Part shown: one piece after another, positions 1-15,000 of the stretch
How positions within the stretch are numbered: the stretch's first letter is position 1
Layout of the letters: the number at the start of each line of letters is the position of its first letter
NCBI GenBank assembly: GCA_964016885.1
Contig: OZ024741.1
Coordinates: 395,560,001-395,624,000, forward strand
Reading direction: 5' to 3'
Source: Eledone cirrhosa
Lineage: Eukaryota
DNA: 64,000 bases
Made by a program: the position numbers and the translations under genes
Notes under the pieces: generated by a model
Seen by the model: the letters and a program-made list of their open reading frames with translations, nothing else
Database searches by the model: none
Told to the model about the DNA's origin: nothing

Positions 1-3000
1 ACAGGGAAACCGGAGATATATACCGACAGTAGTTGGGGAGTTAATCCTGTGATAGACTGACGTCTTGTCCAGTGACAGTCTTACACTCTCAGTGGCTTAA
101 AAACAGGGAAACGGAGATAAATACCGACATTAGCTGTGGAGTTGATCCTGTGATAGACTGGCACCTTTTCCAGGGAGAGTCTTACACTCTCAGTGGCTTA
201 ACAACAGGGAAACCGGAGATATATACCGACAGTAGCTGGGGAGTTAATCCTGTGATAGACTGCCACCTTGTCCAGGGAGTGTCTTACACTCTCTGTGGCT
301 TAACAGCAGGGAAACCGGAGATATATACTGACAGTAGCTGGGGAGTTAATCCTGTGATAGACTGACGTCTTGTCCAGGGAGTGTCTTACCCTCTCAGTGG
401 CTTAACAACAGGGAAAACGGAGATATATACCGACAGTAGCTGGGGAGTTAATCCTGTGATAGACTGACATCTTGTCCAGGTAGAGTCTTACGCTCTCAGT
501 GGCTTAACAACAGGGAAAACGGAGATAATTACCGACAGTAGCTGGGGAGTTAATCCTGTGATAGACTGACGTCTTGTCCAGGGAGTGTCTTACCCTCTCA
601 GTGGCTTAACAACAGGGAAACCGGAGATATATACCGACAGTAGCTGGGGAGTTAATCCTGTGATAGACTGACACCTTGTCCAGGTAGAGTCTTACACTCT
701 CAGTGTCTTAACAACAGGGAAACCGGAGATAAATACCGACAGTAACTGGGGAGTTAATTCTGTGATAGACTGACGTCTTGTCCAGTGACAGTCTTACACT
801 CTCAGTGGCTTAACAACAGGGAAACTGGAGATATATACCGACAGTAGCTGGGGAGTTAATCCTGTGATAGACTGACGTCTTGTCCAGTGACAGTCTTACA
901 CTCTCAGTGGCTTAACAACAGGGAAACTGGAGATATATACCGACAGTAGCTGGGGAGTTCATTCTGGGATAGAGTGACACCTTGTCCAGGGACAGTCTTA
1001 CACTCTCAGTGGCTTAACAACAGGGAAACTGGAGATATATACCGACAGTAGCTGGGGAGTTCATTCTGGGATAGAGTGACACCTTGTCCAGGGACAGTCT
1101 TACACTCTCAGTGGCTTAACAACAGGGAAACTGGAGATATATACCGACAGTAGCTGGGGAGTTCATTCTGGGATAGAGTGACACCTTGTCCAGGGACAGT
1201 CTTACACTCTCAGTGGCTTAACAACAGGGAAACTGGAGATATATACCGACAGTAGCTGGGGAGTTAATTCTGTGATAGACTGACACCTTGTCCAGGGAGT
1301 GTCTTACATTCTTAGTGGCTTAACAACAGGGAACCCGGAGATATATACCGACAGTAGATGGGGAGTTAATTCTGTGATAGACTGACATCTTGTCCAGGGA
1401 GTGTCTTACATTCTTAGTGGCTTAACAACAGGGAACCCGGAGATATATACCGACAGTAGATGGGGAGTTAATCCTGTGATAGACTGGCACATTTTCCAGG
1501 GAGAGTCTTACACTCTCAGTGGCTTAACAACAGGGAACCCGGAGATATATACCGACAGTAGCTGGGGAGTTAATCCTGTGATAGACTGACGTCTTGTCCA
1601 GGGAGTGTCTTACCCTCTCAGTGGCTTAACAACAGGGAAACTGGAGATATATACCGACAGTAGCTGGGGAGTTAATCCTGTGATATACTGACACCTTGTC
1701 CAGGTAGAGTCTTATACTCTCAGTGGCTTAACAACAGGGAAAACGGAGATAATCACCGACAGTAGCTGGGGAGTTAATCCTGTGATAGACTGACACCTTG
1801 TCCAGGGACAGTCTTACACTCTCAGTGGCTTAACAACAGGGAAACTGGAGATATATACCGACAGTAGCTGGGGAGTTAATTCTGTGATAGAGTGACATCT
1901 TGTCCAGGGAGAGTCTTAAATTCTTAGTGGCTTAACAACAGGGAAACCGGAGATAAATACCGACAGTAGCTGGGGAGCTAATCCTGTGATAGACTGCCAC
2001 CTTGTCCAGGGACAGTCTTACACTCTCTGTGGCTTAACAACAGGGAAACCGGAGATATATACCGACAGTAGCTGGGGAGTTAATCCTGTGATAGACTGAC
2101 ATCTTGTCCAGGGAGTGTCTTACATTCTTAGTGGCTTAACAACAGGGAACCCGGAGATATATACCGACAGTAGCTGGGGAGTTAATCCTGTGATAGACAG
2201 GCACCTTTTCCAGGGAGAGTCTTACACTCTCAGTGGCTTAACAACAGGGAAACCGGAGATATATACCGACATTAGCTGTGGAGTTAATCCTATGATAGAC
2301 AGGCACCTTTTCCAGGGAGAGTCTTACACTCTCAGTGGCTTAACAACAGGGAAACCGGAGATATATACCGACAGTAGCTGGGGAGTTAATCCTGTGATAG
2401 AATGACGTCTTGTCTAGGGAGTGTCTTACCTTCTCAGTGGCTTAACAACAGGGAAACCGGAGATAACTACCGACAGTAGCTGGGGAGTTAATCCTGTCAT
2501 AGACTGACACCTTGTCCAGGGAGAGTCTTACACTCTCAGTGTCTTAACAACAGGGAAACCGGAGATATATACCGACAGTAGCTGGGGAGTTAATTCTGTG
2601 ATAGACTGACACCTTGTCCAGGGAGAGTCTTACACTCTCAGTGTCTTAACAACAGGGAAACCGGAGATAAATACCGACAGTAAGTGGGGAGTTAATACTG
2701 TGATAGACTGACATCTTGTCCAGGGAGTGTCTTACATTCTTAGTGGCTTCACAACAGGGAACCCGGAGATATATACCGACAGTAGCTGGGGAGTTAATCC
2801 TGTCATAGACTGACACCTTGTCCAGGGAGAGTCTTACACTCTCAGTGGCTTAACAACAGGGAAAACAGAGATAAATACCGACATTAGCTGTGGAGTTAAT
2901 CCTGTGATAGACTGGCACCTTTTCCAGGGAGAGTCTTACACTCTCAGTGGCTTAACAACAGGGAAACCGGAGATATATACCGACAGTAGCTGGAGAGTTA

Positions 3001-6000
3001 ATCCTGTGATAGACTGACACCTTGTCCAGTGACAGTCTTACACTCTCAGTGGCTTAACAACAGGGAAACCTGAGATATATACCGACAGTAGCTGGGGAGT
3101 TAACCCTGTGACAGACTGACACCATTTCCAGGGAGAGTCTTACACTCTCTGTGTCTTATCAACAGGGAAACCGGAGATAAATAACGACAGTAGCTGGGGA
3201 GTTAATCCTGTGACAGACTGACGCCTTGTCCAGTGACAGTCTTACACTCTCAGTGGCTTAACAACAGGGAAATTGGAGATATATACCGACAGAAGCTGGG
3301 GAGTTAATTCTGTGATAGACTGACACCTTGTCCAGTGATAGTCTTACACTCTCGGTAGCTTAACAACAGGGAAGTTGGAGATATATACCGACAGTAGCTG
3401 GGGAGTTAATTCTGTGATAGACTGACACCTTGTCCAGTGACAGTCTTACACTCTCAGTCGCTTTACAACAGGGAAACCGGAGATATATACCGACAGTAGT
3501 TGGGGAGTTAATCCTGTGATAGACTGACACCTTGTCCAGGGACAGTCTTACATTCTCAGTGGCTTAACAACAGGGAAACTGGAGATATATACCGACAGTA
3601 GCTGGGGAGTTAATTCTGTGATAGAGTGACATCTTGTCCAGGGAGAGTCTTAAATTCTTAGTGGCTTAACAACAGGGAAACCGGAGATAAATACCGACAG
3701 TAGCTGGGGAGGTAATCCTGTGATAGACTGACACCTTGTCCAGTGACAGTTTTACACTCTCAATGGCTTAACAACAGGGAAACCGGAGATAAATACCGAC
3801 AGTAGCTGGGGAGTTAATCCTGTGATAGACTGACACCTTTTCCAGGGAGAGTCTTACACTCTCAGTGGCTTAACGACAGGGAAACCGGAGATATATACCG
3901 ACAGTAGCTGGGGAGTTAATCCTGTGATAGACTGCCACCTTTTCCAGGGAGAGTCTTACACTCTCAGTGGCTTAACAACAGGGAAACCGAGGATATATAC
4001 CGACAGTAACTGGGGAGTTAATCCTGTGATAGACTGCCACCTTGCCCAGGGAGTGTCTTACACTCTCTGTGGCTTAACAACAGGGAAACCGGAGATATAT
4101 ACCGACAGTAGCTGTGGAGTTAATTCTGTGATAGACTGACACCTTGTCCAGGGAGAGTCTTACACTCTCAGTGGCTTAACAACAGGGAGACCGGAGATAA
4201 ATAACGACAGTAGCTGGGGAGTTAATTCTGTGATAGACTGACATCTTTTCCAGGGACAGTTTTACACTCTCAGTGGCTTAACAACAGGGAAACCGGAGAT
4301 ATATACCGACAGTAGCTGGGGAGTTAATTCTGTGATAGACTGACATCTTTTCCAGGGAGAGTCTTACATTCTCAGTGGCTTAACAACAGGGAAACCGGAG
4401 ATATATACCGACAGTAACTGGGGAGTTAATACTGTGATAGACTGACGTCTTGTCCAGTGACAGTCTTACACTTTCAGTGGCTTAACAACAGCGAAATCGG
4501 AGATAAATACCGACAATTGCTGGGGAGTTAATTCTGTGATAGACTGACACCTTTTCCAGGGATAGTCTTACACTCTCAGTGGCTTAACAACAGGGAAACT
4601 GGAGATATATACCGACAGTAGCTGGGGAGTTAATTCTGTGATAGAGTGACACCTTGTCCAGGGACAGTCTTACACTCTCAGTGGCTTAACAACAGGGAAA
4701 CCGGAGATATATACCGGCAGTAGCTGGGGAGTTAATTCTGTGATAGACTGACATCTTGTCCAGGGAGAGTCTTAAATTCTTAGTGGCTTAACAACAGGGA
4801 AACCGGAGATAAATACCGACAGTAGCTGGGGAGGTAATCCTGTGATAGACTGACACCTTGTCCAGTGACAGTCTTACACTCTCTGTGGCTTAACAACAGG
4901 GAAACCGGAGATAAATACCGACAGTAGCTGTGGAGTTGATCCTGTGATAGACTGGCACCTTTTCCAGGGAGAGTCTTACACTCTCAGTGGCTTAATAACA
5001 GGGAAACCGGAGATATATACCGACAGTAGCTGGGGAGTTAATCCTGTGATAGACTGCCACCTTGTCCAGGGAGTGTCTTACACTCTCTGTGGCTTAACAG
5101 CAGGGAAACCGGAGATATATACTGACAGTAGCTGGGGAGTTAATCCTGTGATAGACTGACGTCTTGTCCAGGGAGTGTCTTACCCTCTCAGTGGCTTAAC
5201 AACAGGGAAAACGGAGATATATACCGACAGTAGCTGGGGAGTTAATCCTGTGATAGACTGACATCTTGTCCAGGTAGAGTCTTACGCTCTCAGTGGCTTA
5301 ACAACAGGGAAAACGGAGATAATTACCGACAGTAGCTGGGGAGTTAATCCTGTGATAGACTGACGTCTTGTCCAGGGAGTGTCTTACCCTCTCAGTGGCT
5401 TAACAACAGGGAAACCGGAGATATATACCGACAGTAGCTGGGGAGTTAATCCTGTGATAGACTGACACCTTGTCCAGGTAGAGTCTTACACTCTCAGTGT
5501 CTTAACAACAGGGAAACCGGAGATAAATACCGACAGTAACTGGGGAGTTAATTCTGTGATAGACTGACGTCTTGTCCAGTGACAGTCTTACACTCTAAGT
5601 GGCTTAACAACAGGGAAACTGGAGATATATACCGACAGTAGCTGGGGAGTTAATCCTGTGATAGACTGACGTCTTGTCCAGTGACAGTCTTACACTCTCA
5701 GTGGCTTAACAACAGGGAAACTGGAGATATATACCGACAGTAGCTGGGGAGTTCATTCTGGGATAGAGTGACACCTTGTCCAGGGACAGTCTTACACTCT
5801 CAGTGGCTTAACAACAGGGAAACTGGAGATATATACCGACAGTAGCTGGGGAGTTCATTCTGGGATAGAGTGACACCTTGTCCAGGGACAGTCTTACACT
5901 CTCAGTGGCTTAACAACAGGGAAACTGGAGATATATACCGACAGTAGCTGGGGAGTTCATTCTGGGATAGAGTGACACCTTGTCCAGGGACAGTCTTACA

Positions 6001-9000
6001 CTCTCAGTGGCTTAACAACAGGGAAACTGGAGATATATACCGACAGTAGCTGGGGAGTTAATTCTGTGATAGACTGACACCTTGTCCAGGGAGTGTCTTA
6101 CATTCTTAGTGGCTTAACAACAGGGAACCCGGAGATATATACCGACAGTAGATGGGGAGTTAATTCTGTGATAGACTGACATCTTGTCCAGGGAGTGTCT
6201 TACATTCTTAGTGGCTTAACAACAGGGAACCCGGAGATATATACCGACAGTAGATGGGGAGTTAATCCTGTGATAGACTGGCACATTTTCCAGGGAGAGT
6301 CTTACACTCTCAGTGGCTTAACAACAGGGAACCCGGAGATATATACCGACAGTAGCTGGGGAGTTAATCCTGTGATAGACTGACGTCTTGTCCAGGGAGT
6401 GTCTTACCCTCTCAGTGGCTTAACAACAGGGAAACTGGAGATATATACCGACAGTAGCTGGGGAGTTAATCCTGTGATATACTGACACCTTGTCCAGGTA
6501 GAGTCTTATACTCTCAGTGGCTTAACAACAGGGAAAACGGAGATAATCACCGACAGTAGCTGGGGAGTTAATCCTGTGATAGACTGACACCTTGTCCAGG
6601 GACAGTCTTACACTCTCAGTGGCTTAACAACAGGGAAACTGGAGATATATACCGACAGTAGCTGGGGAGTTAATTCTGTGATAGAGTGACATCTTGTCCA
6701 GGGAGAGTCTTAAATTCTTAGTGGCTTAACAACAGGGAAACCGGAGATAAATACCGACAGTAGCTGGGGAGCTAATCCTGGGATAGACTGCCACCTTGTC
6801 CAGGGACAGTCTTACACTCTCTGTGGCTTAACAACAGGGAAACCGGAGATATATACCGACAGTAGCTGGGGAGTTAATCCTGTGATAGACTGACATCTTG
6901 TCCAGGGAGTGTCTTACATTCTTAGTGGCTTAACAACAGGGAACCCGGAGATATATACCGACAGTAGCTGGGGAGTTAATCCTGTGATAGACAGGCACCT
7001 TTTCCAGGGAGAGTCTTACACTCTCAGTGGCTTAACAACAGGGAAACCGGAGATATATACCGACATTAGCTGTGGAGTTAATCCTATGATAGACAGGCAC
7101 CTTTTCCAGGGAGAGTCTTACACTCTCAGTGGCTTAACAACAGGGAAACCGGAGATATATACCGACAGTAGCTGGGGAGTTAATCCTGTGATAGAATGAC
7201 GTCTTGTCTAGGGAGTGTCTTACCTTCTCAGTGGCTTAACAACAGGGAAACCGGAGATAACTACCGACAGTAGCTGGGGAGTTAATCCTGTCATAGACTG
7301 ACACCTTGTCCAGGGAGAGTCTTACACTCTCAGTGTCTTAACAACAGGGAAACCGGAGATATATACCGACAGTAGCTGGGGAGTTAATTCTGTGATAGAC
7401 TGACACCTTGTCCAGGGAGAGTCTTACACTCTCAGTGTCTTAACAACAGGGAAACCGGAGATAAATACCGACAGTAAGTGGGGAGTTAATACTGTGATAG
7501 ACTGACATCTTGTCCAGGGAGTGTCTTACATTCTTAGTGGCTTCACAACAGGGAACCCGGAGATATATACCGACAGTAGCTGGGGAGTTAATCCTGTCAT
7601 AGACTGACACCTTGTCCAGGGAGAGTCTTACACTCTCAGTGGCTTAACAACAGGGAAAACAGAGATAAATACCGACATTAGCTGTGGAGTTAATCCTGTG
7701 ATAGACTGGCACCTTTTCCAGGGAGAGTCTTACACTCTCAGTGGCTTAACAACAGGGAAACCGGAGATATATACCGACAGTAGCTGGAGAGTTAATCCTG
7801 TGATAGACTGACACCTTGTCCAGGGAGAGTCTTACATTCTCAGTGGCTTAACAACAGGGAAACCGGAGATATATACCGACAGTAGCTGGGGAGTTAATCC
7901 TGTGATAGACTGCCACCTTGTCCAGGGAGTGTCTTACACTCTCTGTGGCTTAACAACAGGGAAACCGGAGATATATACCTTACAGTAGCTGGGGAGTTAA
8001 TCCTGTGATAGACTGACACCTTGTCCAGTGACAGTCTTACACTCTCAGTGGCTTAACAACAGGGAAACCTGAGATATATACCGACAGTAGCTGGGGAGTT
8101 AACCCTGTGACAGACTGACACCATTTCCAGGGAGAGTCTTACACTCTCTGTGTCTTATCAACAGGGAAACCGGAGATAAATAACGACAGTAGCTGGGGAG
8201 TTAATCCTGTGACAGACTGACGCCTTGTCCAGTGACAGTCTTACACTCTCAGTGGCTTAACAACAGGGAAATTGGAGATATATACCGACAGAAGCTGGGG
8301 AGTTAATTCTGTGATAGACTGACACCTTGTCCAGTGATAGTCTTACACTCTCGGTAGCTTAACAACAGGGAAGTTGGAGATATATACCGACAGTAGCTGG
8401 GGAGTTAATTCTGTGATAGACTGACACCTTGTCCAGTGACAGTCTTACACTCTCAGTCGCTTTACAACAGGGAAACCGGAGATATATACCGACAGTAGTT
8501 GGGGAGTTAATCCTGTGATAGACTGACACCTTGTCCAGGGACAGTCTTACATTCTCAGTGGCTTAACAACAGGGAAACTGGAGATATATACCGACAGTAG
8601 CTGGGGAGTTAATTCTGTGATAGAGTGACATCTTGTCCAGGGAGAGTCTTAAATTCTTAGTGGCTTAACAACAGGGAAACCGGAGATAAATACCGACAGT
8701 AGCTGGGGAGGTAATCCTGTGATAGACTGACACCTTGTCCAGTGACAGTTTTACACTCTCAATGGCTTAACAACAGGGAAACCGGAGATAAATACCGACA
8801 GTAGCTGGGGAGTTAATCCTGTGATAGACTGACACCTTTTCCAGAGAGAGTCTTACACTCTCAGTGGCTTAACAACAGGGAAACCGGAGATATATACCGA
8901 CAGTAGCTGGGAAGTTAATCCTGTGATAGACTGCCACCTTTTCCAGGGAGAGTCTTACACTCTCAGTGGCTTAACAACAGGGAAACCGAGGATATATACC

Positions 9001-12000
9001 GACAGTAACTGGGGAGTTAATCCTGTGATAGACTGCCACCTTGCCCAGGGAGTGTCTTACACTCTCTGTGGCTTAACAACAGGGAAACCGGAGATATATA
9101 CCGACAGTAGCTGTGGAGTTAATTCTGTGATAGACTGACACCTTGTCCAGGGAGAGTCTTACACTCTCAGTGGCTTAACAACAGGGAGACCGGAGATAAA
9201 TAACGACAGTAGCTGGGGAGTTAATTCTGTGATAGACTGACATCTTTTCCAGGGACAGTTTTACACTCTCAGTGGCTTAACAACAGGGAAACCGGAGATA
9301 TATACCGACAGTAGCTGGGGAGTTAATTCTGTGATAGACTGACATCTTTTCCAGGGAGAGTCTTACATTCTCAGTGGCTTAGCAACAGGGAAACCGGAGA
9401 TATATACCGACAGTAACTGGGGAGTTAATACTGTGATAGACTGACGTCTTGTCCAGTGACAGTCTTACACTCTCAGTGGCTTAACAACAGCGAAATCGGA
9501 GATAAATACCGACAATTGCTGGGGAGTTAATTCTGTGATAGACTGACACCTTTTCCAGGGACAGTCTTACACTCTCAGTGGCTTAACAACAGGGAAACTG
9601 GAGATATATACCGACAGTAGCTGGGGAGTTAATTCTGTGATAGAGTGACAGCTTGTCCAGGGACAGTCTTACACTCTCAGTGGCTTAACAACAGGGAAAC
9701 CGGAGATATATACCGGCAGTAGCTGGGGAGTTAATTCTGTGATAGACTGACATCTTGTCCTGGGAGAGTCTTAAATTCTTAGTGGCTTAACAACAGGGAA
9801 ACCGGAGATAAATACCGACAGTAGCTGGGGAGGTAATCCTGTGATAGACTGACACCTTGTCCGGTGACAGTCTTACACTCTCTGTGGCTTAACAACAGGG
9901 AAACCGGAGATAAATACCGACAGTAGCTGGGGAGTTAATCCTGTGATAGACTGACACCATGTCCAGTGACAGTCTTACTCTCTCAGTGGCTTAACAACAG
10001 GGAAACCGGAGATATATACCGACAGTAGTTGGAGAGTTAATCCTGTGATAGACTGACGTCTTGTCCAGTGACAGTCTTACACTCTCAGTGGCTTAAAAAC
10101 AGGGAAACGGAGATAAATACCGACATTAGCTGTGGAGTTGATCCTGTGATAGACTGGCACCTTTTCCAGGGAGAGTCTTACACTCTCAGTGGCTTAACAA
10201 CAGGGAAACCGGAGATATATACCGACAGTAGCTGGGGAGTTAATCCTGTGATAGACTGCCACCTTGTCCAGGGAGTGTCTTACACTCTCTGTGGCTTAAC
10301 AGCAGGGAAACCGGAGATATATACTGACAGTAGCTGGGGAGTTAATCCTGTGATAGACTGACGTCTTGTCCAGGGAGTGTCTTACCCTCTCAGTGGCTTA
10401 ACAACAGGGAAAACGGAGATATATACCGACAGTAGCTGGGGAGTTAATCCTGTGATAGACTGACATCTTGTCCAGGTAGAGTCTTACGCTCTCAGTGGCT
10501 TAACAACAGGGAAAACGGAGATAATTACCGACAGTAGCTGGGGAGTTAATCCTGTGATAGACTGACGTCTTGTCCAGGGAGTGTCTTACCCTCTCAGTGG
10601 CTTAACAACAGGGAAACCGGAGATATATACCGACAGTAGCTGGGGAGTTAATCCTGTGATAGATTGACACCTTGTCCAGGTAGAGTCTTACACTCTCAGT
10701 GTCTTAACAACAGGGAAACCGGAGATAAATACCGACAGTAACTGGGGAGTTAATTCTGTGATAGACTGACGTCTTGTCCAGTGACAGTCTTACACTCTCA
10801 GTGGCTTAACAACAGGGAAACTGGAGATATATACCGACAGTAGCTGGGGAGTTAATCCTGTGATAGACTGACGTCTTGTCCAGTGACAGTCTTACACTCT
10901 CAGTGGCTTAACAACAGGGAAACTGGAGATATATACCGACAGTAGCTGGGGAGTTCATTCTGGGATAGAGTGACACCTTGTCCAGGGACAGTCTTACACT
11001 CTCAGTGGCTTAACAACAGGGAAACTGGAGATATATACCGACAGTAGCTGGGGAGTTCATTCTGGGATAGAGTGACACCTTGTCCAGGGACAGTCTTACA
11101 CTCTCAGTGGCTTAACAACAGGGAAACTGGAGATATATACCGACAGTAGCTGGGGAGTTAATTCTGTGATAGACTGACACCTTGTCCAGGGAGTGTCTTA
11201 CATTCTTAGTGGCTTAACAACAGGGAACCCGGAGATATATACCGACAGTAGATGGGGAGTTAATTCTGTGATAGACTGACATCTTGTCCAGGGAGTGTCT
11301 TACATTCTTAGTGGCTTAACAACAGGGAACCCGGAGATATATACCGACAGTAGATGGGGAGTTAATCCTGTGATAGACTGACGTCTTGTCCAGGGAGTGT
11401 CTTACCCTCTCAGTGGCTTAACAACAGGGAAACTGGAGATATATACCGACAGTAGCTGGGGAGTTAATCCTGTGATAGACTGACACCTTGTCCAGGTAGA
11501 GTCTTATACTCTCAGTGGCTTAACAACAGGGAAAACGGAGATAATCACCGACAGTAGCTGGGGAGTTAATCCTGTGATAGACTGACACCTTGTCCAGGGA
11601 GAGTCTTACACTCTCAGTGTCTTAACAACAGGGAAACCGGAGATAAATACCGACAGTAACTGGGGAGTTAATTCTGTGATAGACTGACGTCTTGTCCAGT
11701 GACAGTCTTACACTCTCAGTGGCTTAACAACAGCGAAACCGGAGATAAATACCGACAATTGCTGGGGAGTTAATTCTTTGATAGACTGATACCTTGTCCA
11801 GGGACAGTCTTACATTCTCAGTGTCTTAACAACAGGGAAACTGGAGCTATATACCGACAGTAGCTGGGGAGTTCATTCTGGGATAGAGTGACACCTTGTC
11901 CAGGGAGTGTCTTACATTCTTAGTGGCTTAACAACAGGGAACCCGGAGATATATACCGACATTAGCTGTGGAGTTAATTCTGTGATAGACTGACATCTTG

Positions 12001-15000
12001 TCCAGGGAGTGTCTTACATTCTTAGTGGCTTAACAACAGGGAAACCGGAGATATATACCGACAGTAGCTGGGGAGTTAATCCTGTGATAGACTGACATCT
12101 TTTCCAGGGACAGTTTTACACTCTCAGTGGCTTAACAACAGGGAAACCTGAGATATATACCGACAGTAGCTGGGGAGTTAACCCTGTGACAGACTGACAC
12201 CATTTCCAGGGAGAGTCTTACACTCTCTGTGTCTTATCAACAGGGAAACCGGAGATAAATAACGACAGTAGCTGGGGAGTTAATCCTGTGACAGACTGAC
12301 GCCTTGTCCAGTGACAGTCTTACACTCTCAGTGGCTTAACAACAGGGAAATTGGAGATATATACCGACAGAAGCTGGGGAGTTAATTCTGTGATAGACTG
12401 ACACCTTGTCCAGTGATAGTCTTACACTCTCGGTAGCTTAACAACAGGGAAGTTGGAGATATATACCGACAGTAGCTGGGGAGTTAATTCTGTGATAGAC
12501 TGACACCTTGTCCAGTGACAGTCTTACACTCTCAGTCGCTTTACAACAGGGAAACCGGAGATATATACCGACAGTAGTTGGGGAGTTAATCCTGTGATAG
12601 ACTGACACCTTGTCCAGGGACAGTCTTACATTCTCAGTGGCTTAACAACAGGGAAACTGGAGATATATACCGACAGTAGCTGGGGAGTTAATTCTGTGAT
12701 AGAGTGACATCTTGTCCAGGGAGAGTCTTAAATTCTTAGTGGCTTAACAACAGGGAAACCGGAGATAAATACCGACAGTAGCTGGGGACGTAATCCTGTG
12801 ATAGACTGACACCTTGTCCAGTGACAGTTTTACACTCTCAATGGCTTAACAACAGGGAAACCGGAGATAAATACCGACAGTAGCTGGGGAGTTAATCCTG
12901 TGATAGACTGACACCTTTTCCAGAGAGAGTCTTACACTCTCAGTGGCTTAACAACAGGGAAACCGGAGATATATACCGACAGTAGCTGGGAAGTTAATCC
13001 TGTGATAGACTGCCACCTTTTCCAGGGAGAGTCTTACACTCTCAGTGGCTTAACAACAGGGAAACCGAGGATATATACCGACAGTAACTGGGGAGTTAAT
13101 CCTGTGATAGACTGCCACCTTGCCCAGGGAGTGTCTTACACTCTCTGTGGCTTAACAACAGGGAAACCGGAGATATATACCGACAGTAGCTGTGGAGTTA
13201 ATTCTGTGATAGACTGACACCTTGTCCAGGGAGAGTCTTACACTCTCAGTGGCTTAACAACAGGGAGACCGGAGATAAATAACGACAGTAGCTGGGGAGT
13301 TAATTCTGTGATAGACTGACATCTTTTCCAGGGACAGTTTTACACTCTCAGTGGCTTAACAACAGGGAAACCGGAGATATATACCGACAGTAGCTGGGGA
13401 GTTAATTCTGTGATAGACTGACATCTTTTCCAGGGAGAGTCTTACATTCTCAGTGGCTTAACAACAGGGAAACCGGAGATATATACCGACAGTAACTGGG
13501 GAGTTAATACTGTGATAGACTGACGTCTTGTCCAGTGACAGTCTTACACTCTCAGTGGCTTAACAACAGCGAAATCGGAGATAAATACCGACAATTGCTG
13601 GGGAGTTAATTCTGTGATAGACTGACACCTTTTCCAGGGACAGTCTTACACTCTCAGTGGCTTAACAACAGGGAAACTGGAGATATATACCGACAGTAGC
13701 TGGGGAGTTAATTCTGTGATAGAGTGACAGCTTGTCCAGGGACAGTCTTACACTCTCAGTGGCTTAACAACAGGGAAACCGGAGATATATACCGGCAGTA
13801 GCTGGGGAGTTAATTCTGTGATAGACTGACATCTTGTCCTGGGAGAGTCTTAAATTCTTAGTGGCTTAACAACAGGGAAACCGGAGATAAATACCGACAG
13901 TAGCTGGGGAGGTAATCCTGTGATAGACTGACACCTTGTCCGGTGACAGTCTTACACTCTCTGTGGCTTAACAACAGGGAAACCGGAGATAAATACCGAC
14001 AGTAGCTGGGGAGTTAATCCTGTGATAGACTGACACCATGTCCAGTGACAGTCTTACTCTCTCAGTGGCTTAACAACAGGGAAACCGGAGATATATACCG
14101 ACAGTAGTTGGAGAGTTAATCCTGTGATAGACTGACGTCTTGTCCAGTGACAGTCTTACACTCTCAGTGGCTTAAAAACAGGGAAACGGAGATAAATACC
14201 GACATTAGCTGTGGAGTTGATCCTGTGATAGACTGGCACCTTTTCCAGGGAGAGTCTTACACTCTCAGTGGCTTAACAACAGGGAAACCGGAGATATATA
14301 CCGACAGTAGCTGGGGAGTTAATCCTGTGATAGACTGCCACCTTGTCCAGGGAGTGTCTTACACTCTCTGTGGCTTAACAGCAGGGAAACCGGAGATATA
14401 TACTGACAGTAGCTGGGGAGTTAATCCTGTGATAGACTGACGTCTTGTCCAGGGAGTGTCTTACCCTCTCAGTGGCTTAACAACAGGGAAAACGGAGATA
14501 TATACCGACAGTAGCTGGGGAGTTAATCCTGTGATAGACTGACATCTTGTCCAGGTAGAGTCTTACGCTCTCAGTGGCTTAACAACAGGGAAAACGGAGA
14601 TAATTACCGACAGTAGCTGGGGAGTTAATCCTGTGATAGACTGACGTCTTGTCCAGGGAGTGTCTTACCCTCTCAGTGGCTTAACAACAGGGAAACCGGA
14701 GATATATACCGACAGTAGCTGGGGAGTTAATCCTGTGATAGATTGACACCTTGTCCAGGTAGAGTCTTACACTCTCAGTGTCTTAACAACAGGGAAACCG
14801 GAGATAAATACCGACAGTAACTGGGGAGTTAATTCTGTGATAGACTGACGTCTTGTCCAGTGACAGTCTTACACTCTCAGTGGCTTAACAACAGGGAAAC
14901 TGGAGATATATACCGACAGTAGCTGGGGAGTTAATCCTGTGATAGACTGACGTCTTGTCCAGTGACAGTCTTACACTCTCAGTGGCTTAACAACAGGGAA

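Noticed and set aside
1-204. Satellite-encoded hammerhead ribozyme (CTGA and GAAAC motifs plus small stems, as in newt or schistosome satellites)
   Set aside because: Neither strand has the CUGANGA box together with GAAA and a correctly placed NUH: + strand CTGACAC and CCG-ACA; - strand CTGAGAG but no GAAA after the stem. An Infernal/Rfam scan of a dimer would settle it.
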